A stretch of 32,000 nucleotides of DNA. It comes from Candidatus Baldrarchaeum yapensis. GTDB taxonomy: Archaea > Asgardarchaeota > Baldrarchaeia > Baldrarchaeales > Baldrarchaeaceae. The translations under genes were made by a program, and so were the position numbers. Where the stretch lies: positions 19,544-51,543 of the forward strand of contig JAEOSH010000010.1 in assembly GCA_016840465.1 (NCBI GenBank), written 5' to 3'. Numbering within the stretch: the first letter of the stretch is position 1; every line of letters starts with the position of its first letter. The notes under the pieces were generated by a model that was given only the letters and a program-made list of their open reading frames with translations, did not search any database and was not told the DNA's origin. Shown piece by piece: positions 1 to 8,963 of this stretch.

Positions 1-1499
1 TCATAAGCGTAGATCTTTTGCGCCTTTATGTAGTAGTCAGTCCGTTTAGACATGTCAGTCGTAAGCCTCGCCATTAGTAGGTAGTCGTAGAGGGTCTTTC
101 CATCGATCTTCATCGTGGACTCGTTGCTCTTGTAGAATGTTCCTAAGCTACATGCTGCCTCCCAAGTTCCAACAAATGGCCATAGGTAGTCGTCAGGATC
201 GAGGTAATCGGGATACCATCCCAAGAGGAATATCTCCATCACTCCTTTTTCCATGTTATCAACATATGTCGACCATTCAGCAAATTCCAACTTCACATTA
301 ATCATACCTGTTCTTTCGAGCTGCTCCTTTATTAGCGCTGCTAACTCCGCCTCCGTAGGACCATAGTGCTCGGGAGTGTACCATAACGTTATATTTAATT
401 TGTTCGTTTCGCTATAACCCGCCTTTCTTAAGAGTTCTTGTGCATACGTTATGTTTCCTTCCTCTCCATAAAGTTCCTTGAATGCATCTATATGGCTCCA
501 CATACCCTTCGGGACCATGCTGAACAGAGGCTCCGCTTGACCCAAGAAGATCTTCTCGCATATCTCCGTTCTGTTAATTGCTGCTGCAATTGCCTGCCTT
601 ACATAGACATTGTCAAATGGGGACATGTTGCATCTAAGCACGAGGTATCTGATGAATGGGCTCGGAGATGTCAGGACCCTGAAGTTGGGATCTTTCATGA
701 ATGCTTCAACATCCTCGGGATGGAGGGTTCTGTAAGCAATATCGATCTCACCAGCTCTCAACGCAGCAGCTAGGTCCTCAGAGGTCTTATAGAACTTGAT
801 GATTACTCTCTTCATCTTCGGGAAGTGTGACTGATCCCAGTAGTCGTCAAATCTCTCCAGTATTATATGTACGTCTTTCACCCATTCCACTACCTTGAAG
901 GGCCCGCAACCAATCGCAACATCACTGAATTTATCGGCAGGGAAGGACTCCATTGAAACAGGATACGAAACTGTAAACGCGAGGATCGAGAGGAGGATCG
1001 ATGTGTTGACCTTGAGTCTTATCATGAGCGTCGTTTCGTTTATTGCTCTCGTGTAGTTAATTATATCGGTCAATAGGAATGCAGGATCTCCCCCAAGTTC
1101 CATGCTTCTGTTAAGGGACCAAGACACCACTGTGGCGTTAAGTTCAGATCCATCGTGGAACTTTACGCCCTCCCTTATTTTGATGTACCATGTATACCCG
1201 TTATCGGTAATAATGGGGAAATCTTCAGCAAGCGCGGGCTCTAGCTCTGTCGTTCCGGGTTTATACCTATATAGTCCCTCGAAGACGTTTTCTATGACGT
1301 TGCACGATAGATAATCATAGGCGTTCGCAGGGTCGAGCGTCACAAGCCTATCGGTAGTTCCAATGACTATTGTCTCCTTGGCAACTGCGGTCACCATCTG
1401 TTGCTGCATGTACCAGTACCATATTCCGATGTTAACGCCTATTACGACAATTATGAATACCAATATTCCGATGAGGGTCCTTCTCTCCACTCTCCACAC
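1..1499 (-). CDS. ABC transporter substrate-binding protein, family 5 (Dpp/Opp/Nik peptide-nickel type); C-terminus lies beyond the left edge
   Basis: Absent from the ORF track because it runs off the window. My reverse-strand translation from a GTG at 1499 stays open to position 1. It reads VWRVERRTLIGILVFIIVVIGVNIGIWYWY (N-terminal membrane anchor), then AKETIVIGTTDRLVTLDPANAYDY, GPFKVVEWVKDVHIILERFDDYWD and LLGWYPDYLDPDDYL, which are typical family-5 SBP strings. The + strand ORFs at 438..773 and 1102..1314 are antisense shadows. Confidence 0.8.
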   Translation of the reverse strand, partial: MWRVERRTLIGILVFIIVVIGVNIGIWYWYMQQQMVTAVAKETIVIGTTDRLVTLDPANAYDYLSCNVIENVFEGLYRYKPGTTELEPALAEDFPIITDNGYTWYIKIREGVKFHDGSELNATVVSWSLNRSMELGGDPAFLLTDIINYTRAINETTLMIRLKVNTSILLSILAFTVSYPVSMESFPADKFSDVAIGCGPFKVVEWVKDVHIILERFDDYWDQSHFPKMKRVIIKFYKTSEDLAAALRAGEIDIAYRTLHPEDVEAFMKDPNFRVLTSPSPFIRYLVLRCNMSPFDNVYVRQAIAAAINRTEICEKIFLGQAEPLFSMVPKGMWSHIDAFKELYGEEGNITYAQELLRKAGYSETNKLNITLWYTPEHYGPTEAELAALIKEQLERTGMINVKLEFAEWSTYVDNMEKGVMEIFLLGWYPDYLDPDDYLWPFVGTWEAACSLGTFYKSNESTMKIDGKTLYDYLLMARLTTDMSKRTDYYIKAQKIYAY

Positions 1500-2186
1500 C
1501 TTAGGCAATTTTTAGTAGCCATATCATTTTTGGAATTCCAGTACCTCTTTTAAAGTTATTGGGCAAAAACTAGGTTGTCTTTCAGCAAATTTTTGAAATC
1601 ATTTTGACAATTACTTAATAGATGTACTAACATTTCACTTTTCGGAGCAAAAGAAGCTGAAGTAACATTCTTTATCGAAAGATGTCAAAAAATTTGAGAA
1701 ATATCGTGCAAAAATTGCAAGTGATCTCAAAAATCTTCCAAGCAAGTTAGTCAAGTATAATCACTATTCGAAAACTGTTATTATTGACGAGTGATTGTGT
1801 CAATAGTAATTATGTGTCATGCTGAGTATCGAACACTGTTGCATGGGGGGACTCCTCATACTCAAAACACTTTACAGCATTTGTCGTGATATTCCCTTAA
1901 GGGAGGGAGTTAAGAGAATTGGCAAAGTTTACACTTGGTATTTCATATTCCTTTGAGGACGTTCTTTGACGAGATTGTATATGAGGAGGAAAAGAGTCAA
2001 GGACATACACATAGGGTGAGCGCTCTTACTGGCATATTGGCATAGAGGGTCATAATATCCGAGAAATATCATGTAATTGCCACAGTTATCTCTTCATTAT
2101 CCGACGATTTTGTCGAGAACGTCCCTTTTGGAAAAGTAAATATAATACATTAGCGAACATTTTGCAACAAGTCTTAATTTGGTGAG

Positions 2187-4124
2187 ATGGGATTGCCTCT
2201 TTTTAGAAGGAAGAAAGAAAAGGAAATTGCCGAGCCTCCAACGATAGAAGAACTGCTTGAGGAAAAGAGAGAAACCTTTGCCAAAAGGCCGCGGGAAGCC
2301 GAGGGGGCGCTTGCGGTCAGGGTCATAGAAAGAGAGGAAATCGAAATTCGCGATGGAACCCCGAATATCATAAGCGAGGAGAGAAGGATAGTCATCGAGA
2401 ACCTCTCGAAATCCCCCATACTATCCGTGGAGGTCGCATTGAAGGGAGTTGACGCGGTGAAGCTTGAAAAGGATCGGATAATGATCCCAAGGCTAACCCC
2501 CCTCGGCGAGGAGCACAGTTCACACGAAGTCAGGTACAATATTAACATATCGAAGTACAGGATCCCAGTAGAGATAAAGTGTGAGACATCTCTCGGGGAG
2601 GGGGTGAAAACTCCGGTCCTCCTGTATAATAACGATAACGCTTTGAAATTTAAGTTATACATCAAAAACACGACCGACCAGATGCTCGAGGACGTAGTGG
2701 TGTTTAAGGAGCTACCATCGGCCGATTGTGAGATCGTAGGCATGAACAAAGAGATCGGGGATCTAAGGCATGAAGATGACAAGATAGCATGGCAGATTCC
2801 GTTAATTGAGGGCAACTCGGAAAGTTCCTGCGAGATAGATCTAAACGTTAGGCCCAGAACTACGGATCCCGTGGACCTCGGAAACATGATCGTAAATCTG
2901 ATGTTGGAACGCGCACTCAGCGGTCTGTCGATAGATAGGGTTACCGGAACGGCAAGAATATCCCATAGGGTAATTAAAAAGGAGAGAAGGGATGAAGCAG
3001 GGATATGGGACATAGAACTTCACGTGATGAACCCGAACGACTTTCCAGTGACGATAGAGGGAGAAATACTTCCGATGGGAGGAGAAATTTTCATCTCTGA
3101 GCACATGGGCGCGCACTACATAAAGGTCGAGGACAACAAGGTGAGGATTTCGGATATAACCGTGGATCCCGGTGCCGACGAAACAATCGGTCCTATATCA
3201 ATAAAATCCATAGCGTTTCCCCCCATGCAGACGAAACTCAGGGCCATAGTTCCAAAAACCGTAACGTTCAGGTCAGAGGCAAAGTATATGATTCCCGGTG
3301 GGAGAATACCGGTACTGTGGGGAGAAGTTGTAAAGGATATAAGCGTCACGCCTGAGGAAGCCTACAAGGACTACGTGAGGCAGAACGAAATACCACCACT
3401 GGGCAAGTCGACTGTGAGCGTGACGACTAGGTTCACGAATAAAGGAAGTGCACCCGTCGGCTACCTGAAGATAATCGAGGACCTGCCCCCAGGATTCGAT
3501 AATGTCAAGGGAGTTAAAGTTAAGGTGAGAGGAAAAGAGGTAAGTGAAGGGATAGAGTATAAAGTGGCCCCTGAGGGCGTGGGCGTTCAGGAGCGGAGAC
3601 AACTCATCGTGGAGATAAAGGATTTCGACGGTTATGGAGGCCCCCTGAAGAATGGGGACAGCCTCCTCTTGGAATATGATCTGGAGGCAGAAAATCCATT
3701 CCCCGGAACTTATGAATTCGGATGCTTCATGCTTGCATCCACAGATCCCGACAATGTGAAACTCGAAGTATCGTTGCCCAGCGAAAAGATCCCCAGAGTG
3801 GAGGTAATAATGCTCGCGCGGGAGATAGAAATCCAACAGGATGTTGTCCCGCTTGAGGCAATGGACGAGTACGAGGTTGTATTAACCGTGATAAATTCAA
3901 GCGAATTCCCAGTACGAAACTATAAGGTCAGAGACCTAGTACCGTCGAGCTTCGATGTCATAGAGGCCATGCCGAAGGCGGAGGTTAAACGCATCAAGGA
4001 AGGCACTATCTTACAATGGGTCATACCCGATATTCCACCCAAGGAGCAAGTTATACTAAAGTATAGGGTCAAAGGCAAGGGAGGGTACAAAATAGAGGAT
4101 CTTATCGGAGTAAACGAAGTATAA
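2187..4124 (+). CDS. Hypothetical 645-aa protein made of 4-5 repeated beta-sandwich (DUF11/CARDB-like) modules; no signal peptide; charged N-terminus
   Basis: Long ORF with GGTGA just upstream of the ATG and a TATA-like gtaaatataata about 40 nt upstream. A recurring module pattern appears in FKLYIKNTTDQMLEDVVVFKELPSADCEIVG, WDIELHVMNPNDFPVTIEGEILP, TVSVTTRFTNKGSAPVGYLKIIEDLPPGFDNV and YEVVLTVINSSEFPVRNYKVRDLVPSSFDVIEA. Module ends look like KIAWQIPLIEGNSESSCEIDLNVRP and GTILQWVIPDIPPKEQVILKYRVKGKG. The N-terminus MGLPLFRRKKEKEIAEPP has no hydrophobic segment. Confidence 0.6.
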   Translation: MGLPLFRRKKEKEIAEPPTIEELLEEKRETFAKRPREAEGALAVRVIEREEIEIRDGTPNIISEERRIVIENLSKSPILSVEVALKGVDAVKLEKDRIMIPRLTPLGEEHSSHEVRYNINISKYRIPVEIKCETSLGEGVKTPVLLYNNDNALKFKLYIKNTTDQMLEDVVVFKELPSADCEIVGMNKEIGDLRHEDDKIAWQIPLIEGNSESSCEIDLNVRPRTTDPVDLGNMIVNLMLERALSGLSIDRVTGTARISHRVIKKERRDEAGIWDIELHVMNPNDFPVTIEGEILPMGGEIFISEHMGAHYIKVEDNKVRISDITVDPGADETIGPISIKSIAFPPMQTKLRAIVPKTVTFRSEAKYMIPGGRIPVLWGEVVKDISVTPEEAYKDYVRQNEIPPLGKSTVSVTTRFTNKGSAPVGYLKIIEDLPPGFDNVKGVKVKVRGKEVSEGIEYKVAPEGVGVQERRQLIVEIKDFDGYGGPLKNGDSLLLEYDLEAENPFPGTYEFGCFMLASTDPDNVKLEVSLPSEKIPRVEVIMLAREIEIQQDVVPLEAMDEYEVVLTVINSSEFPVRNYKVRDLVPSSFDVIEAMPKAEVKRIKEGTILQWVIPDIPPKEQVILKYRVKGKGGYKIEDLIGVNEV

Positions 4125-4140
4125 TTTAACTCCTAAACTC

Positions 4141-4150
4141 TCTTTTTTAT
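4141..4150 (+). terminator. Oligo-T tract (archaeal-type terminator) downstream of 2187..4124
   Basis: tcTTTTTTat lies 17 nt after the TAA stop. Archaeal RNA polymerase terminates at oligo-T runs. Confidence 0.35.
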
Positions 4151-4413
4151 CGGACTTCTTAAGGTATATCGATAACCGATGCCACTTTCTCTTTTTGCCA
4201 TTTTGCGAATATCAGCACGACAAGGGGAATAATGTCTACGTCTTTATTCTTCTGTAATTGCCGAAGTATGAACATATTTTTCTTATTTTTGCGTAAAATT
4301 ATGTTTTTTACAGGAGAGTGGTATCCCCTACAAACAGAATGTTTGGATACAAATATTATAGAAAAATAGAAATACTGGGTACACATTTCTTAAGGATCAC
4401 AAGGGTGAGATGT

Positions 4414-5916
4414 ATGGGACTTAAACCCCAAGAAATTTTGGAGAAGATCAGGAGCTGGTGGAGGCCCGATGTTATATCGCCGGAGAAGGTAAAGCAGTTC
4501 ATAGAGATGATTCCCTTATTTAAAAAGGACAAGGATGATCCTGCATTCAAGTCGCAAAAGGAGATAAGGGAAATTCAGAACAAGAATCTCAGGAGACAGA
4601 TAGAACTCTGCGCAAAGTATAGTCCCTATTACAAAGAACTCTTCAAGAAGCATAACATAGACCCCTCCGATATTAAGACGATTGACGATCTCGAGAAAAT
4701 ACCCCTTACGTTCAAAAGCGATTATATGAAGGATCCTGAGGCTTTTAGGCTTCGCCTCGGGCTTGACAGACCTTTTTGGGAATTGATACTCTGGGACGTC
4801 ACCTTCACCACAGGAACCGTCACCGGAAGACCCTCGATATTCTATAACACAACTCATGACATATACGCAACTGCCCAATTCCTCATGCGATCCGGAAAGA
4901 TCTGCTGGGCCACACCCTACGATGTTGTGTTTAACGCCTTCCCCTTTGGACCGATACCCCACATCGGATATAACAGATGCGTAACGGCAGGGTTGGCCGA
5001 AGGTTGCGCGGTGGTTGCAGGACATACGGGTATCCGGCATCCGGAGTTCCCCATTGTTCACAGAAGTCTGGATGAGACAATAGAACTATGCGCCATCCAC
5101 AGGTGCACGATAATCATGGGCATCGCAAGCTACCTCAGGAGGTTCGTAATGAGGGCTGAGGAACTTGGAGTGGATCTGTCATCGGTGAGAATAATACATG
5201 CTCTGGGAGAACCGTGCCCTAAAGGGATGCGTGAAGACCTGAGAAAGAGGCTTGAAAGCTTAGGCGCGGAAGACGTGTTCATACACAATGGATACGGATT
5301 CACCGAATGTCAGGGGAGTTTCTCCGAATGCACGGAACTCGGTGGCAATCACAACCCCGATCCGACTCTTTACTTCATTGAGATAGTCGATCCTGAGACT
5401 GGAGAGAGAAAGGAGGAGGGAGAAGAGGGAGCGATCGCGATAACGCACCTGAACAGACGCGGAACTGTATTGCTTAGATACGTGCTCGGAGATATTGGCA
5501 AGATAACATACGAAACATGCCCATATTGTGGTAGAAATACAGAAAGACTCATGCCAATTCATGGAAGCGTATATGCGACCAGAACGAAGGATCTAATAAA
5601 GGTGAAGGGGACTCTCATCAATCCGGGACTTTTAAATGACACGATCGAGAACATAAAGGGAATTGCGGAGTATCAGGTCGTGATAACGAAGGAGGATCCG
5701 AAAGATCCATATTCCATGGATAAGGTAATAATAAGAGTCGCACCGACGGGAGAAAGGGATGTAGAGGATTTAAAGGCGGAGATACTTGACAAAGTATTCA
5801 AGGCAATAGAAATGCGGCCTGAGATCGTGATAGAACCCTCGCCCTACGCGATATACGACCCACGGGTATCGCTGAAAGCGACGAGAATAGTGGACAAGAG
5901 ACCAAAGGTCGAGTGA
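4414..5916 (+). CDS. Adenylate-forming acyl-CoA ligase, phenylacetate-CoA ligase / coenzyme F390 synthetase-like
   Basis: The ORF track opens at 4318, but ATG 4414 is preceded by GGTGA at 5-nt spacing and a TATA-like aaatattatag at about 4361. The N-terminal layout (KSQKEIREIQNKNLRRQIELCAKYSPYYKELFKKHNIDP..IKTIDDLEKIPLTFKSD) is classic for PaaK-type ligases. It has a variant P-loop FTTGTVTGRPS, plus GYGFTE and a C-terminal LKATRIVDKR. Confidence 0.7.
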   Translation: MGLKPQEILEKIRSWWRPDVISPEKVKQFIEMIPLFKKDKDDPAFKSQKEIREIQNKNLRRQIELCAKYSPYYKELFKKHNIDPSDIKTIDDLEKIPLTFKSDYMKDPEAFRLRLGLDRPFWELILWDVTFTTGTVTGRPSIFYNTTHDIYATAQFLMRSGKICWATPYDVVFNAFPFGPIPHIGYNRCVTAGLAEGCAVVAGHTGIRHPEFPIVHRSLDETIELCAIHRCTIIMGIASYLRRFVMRAEELGVDLSSVRIIHALGEPCPKGMREDLRKRLESLGAEDVFIHNGYGFTECQGSFSECTELGGNHNPDPTLYFIEIVDPETGERKEEGEEGAIAITHLNRRGTVLLRYVLGDIGKITYETCPYCGRNTERLMPIHGSVYATRTKDLIKVKGTLINPGLLNDTIENIKGIAEYQVVITKEDPKDPYSMDKVIIRVAPTGERDVEDLKAEILDKVFKAIEMRPEIVIEPSPYAIYDPRVSLKATRIVDKRPKVE

Positions 5917-5983
5917 CGGGAGCCTTAGAGTACCGTTTTATTCCACAAATTTACGATTTTTACGAATTTATCCGTCCACATCT

Positions 5984-6886
5984 ATGATTTTTCTCGAAAC
6001 AATCACTACATCGGAAAAGAGATTATGCGTCGAAGTTGGGACTAGATATTTTTATTATGGCGACACACCCGGTAATTATGATTATGAGAACCCGGGCACA
6101 CAGAGGTGGGTGGAATTGAGTGAGGCAGAATTGAGAGCACGAATAAGGGAAGCCGCGGAACTCATAGTCGAGAGTAAGAAAAACGTCGCACTAACTGGAG
6201 CCGGAATCTCTGTGGAAAGCGGAATACCCGATTTTAGGGGACCAAATGGTCTTTGGAAGAGATATGGTGAGCATGTTGGACATATTTCGTTCTTCTTCAC
6301 AAATCCAGGCGAATTTTGGAAGTTTGCACTGGAAGTAGCGAAGGTTATATTCGCGGCACGCCCCAATCCGGCGCATTACGCGCTCGCCGAACTTGAGAAG
6401 ATGGGGAAGCTTCATTGCATCATAACTCAGAATATTGATGGCTTACATCAAAAGGCAGGAAGTAAGAACGTAATAGAAATTCATGGAACCGCATGGAGAT
6501 TGGTATGTCTCCAGTGTGGAACTAAATTCCCCGTAGAGGAAATTGCCAGCAAACTCATGAGTAAAGGCTTCACAATTCCTCGATGTCTCAAATGCGAGGG
6601 GATTCTAAAACCTGACACGGTCTTCTTCGGTGAGCGCTTACCTGAGGAAGAGTTAAAGATAGCAATTTCTGAGTCTATGAGTTGCGATCTTTTCATGGTG
6701 GTGGGAAGTTCATTAGTCGTATACCCGGCAGCGAGCCTTCCGGGTATTGCGAAAAGTCATGGTGCAAAGACCATACTTGTTAACTTGGAGAGAACTGCAA
6801 TGGATGAGATGTTTGACGTCGTGATTTATGGAAAAGCGGGAGAAATACTTCCTAAAATAGTCGAAGAAGTAAAAAAGATGATGTGA
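5984..6886 (+). CDS. cobB: NAD-dependent protein deacylase, Sir2/CobB family
   Basis: Contains GAGISVESGIPDFRGPNGLW, QNIDGLH, the catalytic His in IEIHG, a Zn ribbon CLQCG..PRCLKCEG, and GSSLVVYPA. About 45 aa precede the usual Sir2 core. An alternative GTG start at 6109, preceded by agaGGTGG, would remove that extension. Confidence 0.9.
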   Translation: MIFLETITTSEKRLCVEVGTRYFYYGDTPGNYDYENPGTQRWVELSEAELRARIREAAELIVESKKNVALTGAGISVESGIPDFRGPNGLWKRYGEHVGHISFFFTNPGEFWKFALEVAKVIFAARPNPAHYALAELEKMGKLHCIITQNIDGLHQKAGSKNVIEIHGTAWRLVCLQCGTKFPVEEIASKLMSKGFTIPRCLKCEGILKPDTVFFGERLPEEELKIAISESMSCDLFMVVGSSLVVYPAASLPGIAKSHGAKTILVNLERTAMDEMFDVVIYGKAGEILPKIVEEVKKMM

Positions 6887-6907
6887 ATTAAAATAAAGGG
6901 AGATATG

Positions 6908-7420
6908 CTAAGGAGTGAGTTCTAGTACGAACTCGCAGGCATCTCCTCCAGCAGCACGACATTTGACCTCATCACACTTTGCCCTCGACATACCCAAGTT
7001 TTTGGCTATTTTTTCACAAATTCTTTCCACAGCCCCGGCAAACATCGTGCACATTGGAATATCCGGAGATGGGGACTCTAGATCTAGGCATAACTTGCAT
7101 TCTCTTAGTCTGCATCTCACCACAATTCTCTGATCGGATCTTTCAGATGAAATATCATCAAATATCTGTCCAACTATGAAATTGAGGAAGTCATTTAGCA
7201 TTCTCTCGAGATCAGTAACCGTGTGTGGTGCTACCTTTACATGCGACATGAATTCGTCATATAAAGCATCGGCAATTTTTCTTCCAAATTCCTTAAGTGT
7301 GCTCACTACCTCCTCCGCCGCAAGTCCGCTCCCCATGAGATAAGTGACGAACGCCTGAAGCGCGGCGGTATAACCATACACATTGATTTTATCGACTTTT
7401 CTCCAAGACATGAGCGCCAC
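6908..7420 (-). CDS. V4R (4-vinyl reductase) domain protein
   Basis: Carries the C-terminal V4R signature: CRLRECKLCLD...MCTMFAGAVERICEKI...AKCDEVKCRAAGGDACEFVLEL. Its start lies 1 nt after the stop of the upstream V4R gene. Confidence 0.7.
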   Translation of the reverse strand: MALMSWRKVDKINVYGYTAALQAFVTYLMGSGLAAEEVVSTLKEFGRKIADALYDEFMSHVKVAPHTVTDLERMLNDFLNFIVGQIFDDISSERSDQRIVVRCRLRECKLCLDLESPSPDIPMCTMFAGAVERICEKIAKNLGMSRAKCDEVKCRAAGGDACEFVLELTP

Positions 7421-7421
7421 C

Positions 7422-7946
7422 TCACTTCAATTTGATGTGTGCTCTGTATTCGCAAACATCATCCCCGAGCATTTTGCATTTTACCTCGTCACAGGTAATA
7501 CTTTCGGCGTTCCAGTCCTCAAGCCTTTGTTCCTCTATCCATTCAAGGACTCCCGCAAAGAAGAGACAGAATGGAACCTTTATCGGAACCTCCATTCCTC
7601 TACAGAAAGGGCAGTCCCGTATCCTGTAAGTTATGTAAACGTCCTTACCCTCCTCCTTATACTCTATCTTGTCAAAGGGTTTCCCGGTGAAGAACTTGAA
7701 CCCTAAGTTATAGGTCGGTACAAGGTCCCTGAGGGACTCAGCAGGCCTTTTTGTCGCTTGTAGATAACGAATATATATAAGTTCACCAGTGTACTTGTAT
7801 ATTTTCTTCAATTCCCTGTAGATGTCATTCGGGTCGGAATATTTCTGCCCTAGGTATTCAATGATGCATCGTAAGAAGTGCCTAACGAAGTCCGCGTTTA
7901 TCTTCTTCGCGACAAATCTCCAGGCAAGCACCCCTTTTATTCCCAA
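7422..7946 (-). CDS. V4R (4-vinyl reductase) domain protein, paralog of the downstream gene
   Basis: Contains RIRDCPFCRG...FCLFFAGVLEWIEE...ITCDEVKCKMLGDDVCEYRAHI, the same Cys / G-x-x-E / E-x-K-C-x-x-x-G-D-x-x-C-E pattern as 6908..7420. Confidence 0.7.
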   Translation of the reverse strand: MGIKGVLAWRFVAKKINADFVRHFLRCIIEYLGQKYSDPNDIYRELKKIYKYTGELIYIRYLQATKRPAESLRDLVPTYNLGFKFFTGKPFDKIEYKEEGKDVYITYRIRDCPFCRGMEVPIKVPFCLFFAGVLEWIEEQRLEDWNAESITCDEVKCKMLGDDVCEYRAHIKLK

Positions 7947-8161
7947 TCTTCTTCACCTCTAGCCCTTCATTATCTAATAGTAACGTAAAGGGTTTTTATC
8001 TGTATGTTCACGTTTATAACTCTTCCATTTCTTTTTTGCAACTTCGTTAATGGACAAAATTTATTGTAATAATAGAACTTGAATAGAAATACCGTTAAGA
8101 ATAAAAATCGCAGAATATAAGGTGATGAAAGTAAAAGCAAATTGATTGATACCGAAAAAAC

Positions 8162-8962
8162 TCACGCCAAGAAAAATTTTCGGAAAAATAACATAAGTAT
8201 CAGTAAAAAATCTCCCCATACTACTGATAGTAAAAGTCCCATCTCCATGAGTGGAATCATTGGAAGCCCCACCATCACCCAGATCACCCGGTAGCCATGA
8301 TCAATTAAGGACCGTACCCTTTCTCTTCTCTCATTCTCTTCGGAGAACATGAGATTGTGAAGCCTCCTACATACCGAAATTTCCCCGTTCTTTATTTCAA
8401 TCATTGGAATTTCCGCTTTTTCGAGGGCTTTCTTCGCATCCACGGGAGTTCCACCAATTAACAGAAGCAAGCGCGCCGTCATACTCAAATTTGCAAGAGA
8501 CCTCCTTACTTCATCATCACGCAATGTTAAGACGAGATTACGGACGAACAGAAGAAGTGCGACCAAGGACAGCAGTAGAATTGTGTTTGTGAGGACGGGT
8601 ATTGCAAGCGTTAGTATTGGGATGATCCTAGGGAACTTCGCCAGCGAGATGGACGGCACTCTCGGAAAGTAAAGGGCAATAGCTATAAAGGCCAAGGCAT
8701 CCGCACTTCCTATTGTTTTCAACAATACCAAAATTACCATCAACAACCCTATCAGCGCGACTGCGAGCGCCTCCATCATTAGAAACTGGAAGATTGTCAT
8801 TTCGGACGAGTACCTGAGATATGCAAGAATAACCCCAGGTGGGGTCATAAGGATCCATGTCAGGTCGTGGACCTCCCTCTTCTTAATATCCTGAATCGAT
8901 GCCCAAGTGAGAAATAGAAAGCATAGTCCCAACGAGATTGTCTCGAGAGCTTGTGGGTCCAT
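8162..8962 (-). CDS. Archaeal type IV prepilin/prearchaellin peptidase-like membrane protein (A24 family, FlaK-like architecture)
   Basis: First catalytic-Asp motif is LTWASIQDIKKREVHDLTWIL (compare FlaK ASVQDFRSREIEDYIW). The second motif is TIGSADALAFIAIALYFP (GxGD-like, compare GIGGGDGKML). Several TM helices are present, with a soluble insert before the last helices, as in FlaK. The start ATG lies 1 nt after the stop of 8964..9668. Confidence 0.7.
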   Translation of the reverse strand: MDPQALETISLGLCFLFLTWASIQDIKKREVHDLTWILMTPPGVILAYLRYSSEMTIFQFLMMEALAVALIGLLMVILVLLKTIGSADALAFIAIALYFPRVPSISLAKFPRIIPILTLAIPVLTNTILLLSLVALLLFVRNLVLTLRDDEVRRSLANLSMTARLLLLIGGTPVDAKKALEKAEIPMIEIKNGEISVCRRLHNLMFSEENERRERVRSLIDHGYRVIWVMVGLPMIPLMEMGLLLSVVWGDFLLILMLFFRKFFLA

Positions 8963-8963
8963 A

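Noticed and set aside
438-1314. Plus-strand ORFs 438..773 and 1102..1314
   Set aside because: They lie inside the minus-strand solute-binding-protein gene, which reads open across the whole region with family-5 SBP motifs.
2174-3836. Minus-strand ORFs 2174..3013 (279 aa), 2841..3116, 3116..3349 and 3273..3836
   Set aside because: These are antisense shadows of the 645-aa gene. They overlap one another in different frames and lack any recognisable motif.
4318-4413. The 32-codon N-terminal extension of the ligase ORF given in the ORF track
   Set aside because: The extension (MVSPTNRMFGYKYYRKIEILGTHFLRITRVRC) overlaps the TATA-like box. ATG 4414 has GGTGA at ideal spacing and begins the conserved PaaK-type N-terminus.
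8131-8175. C/D-box sRNA candidate (GTGATGA at 8132-8138; also ATGATGA at about 27217 and TGATGA at about 9741)
   Set aside because: None has a CTGA D box at the expected 45-65 nt distance, and none has terminal complementary ends.
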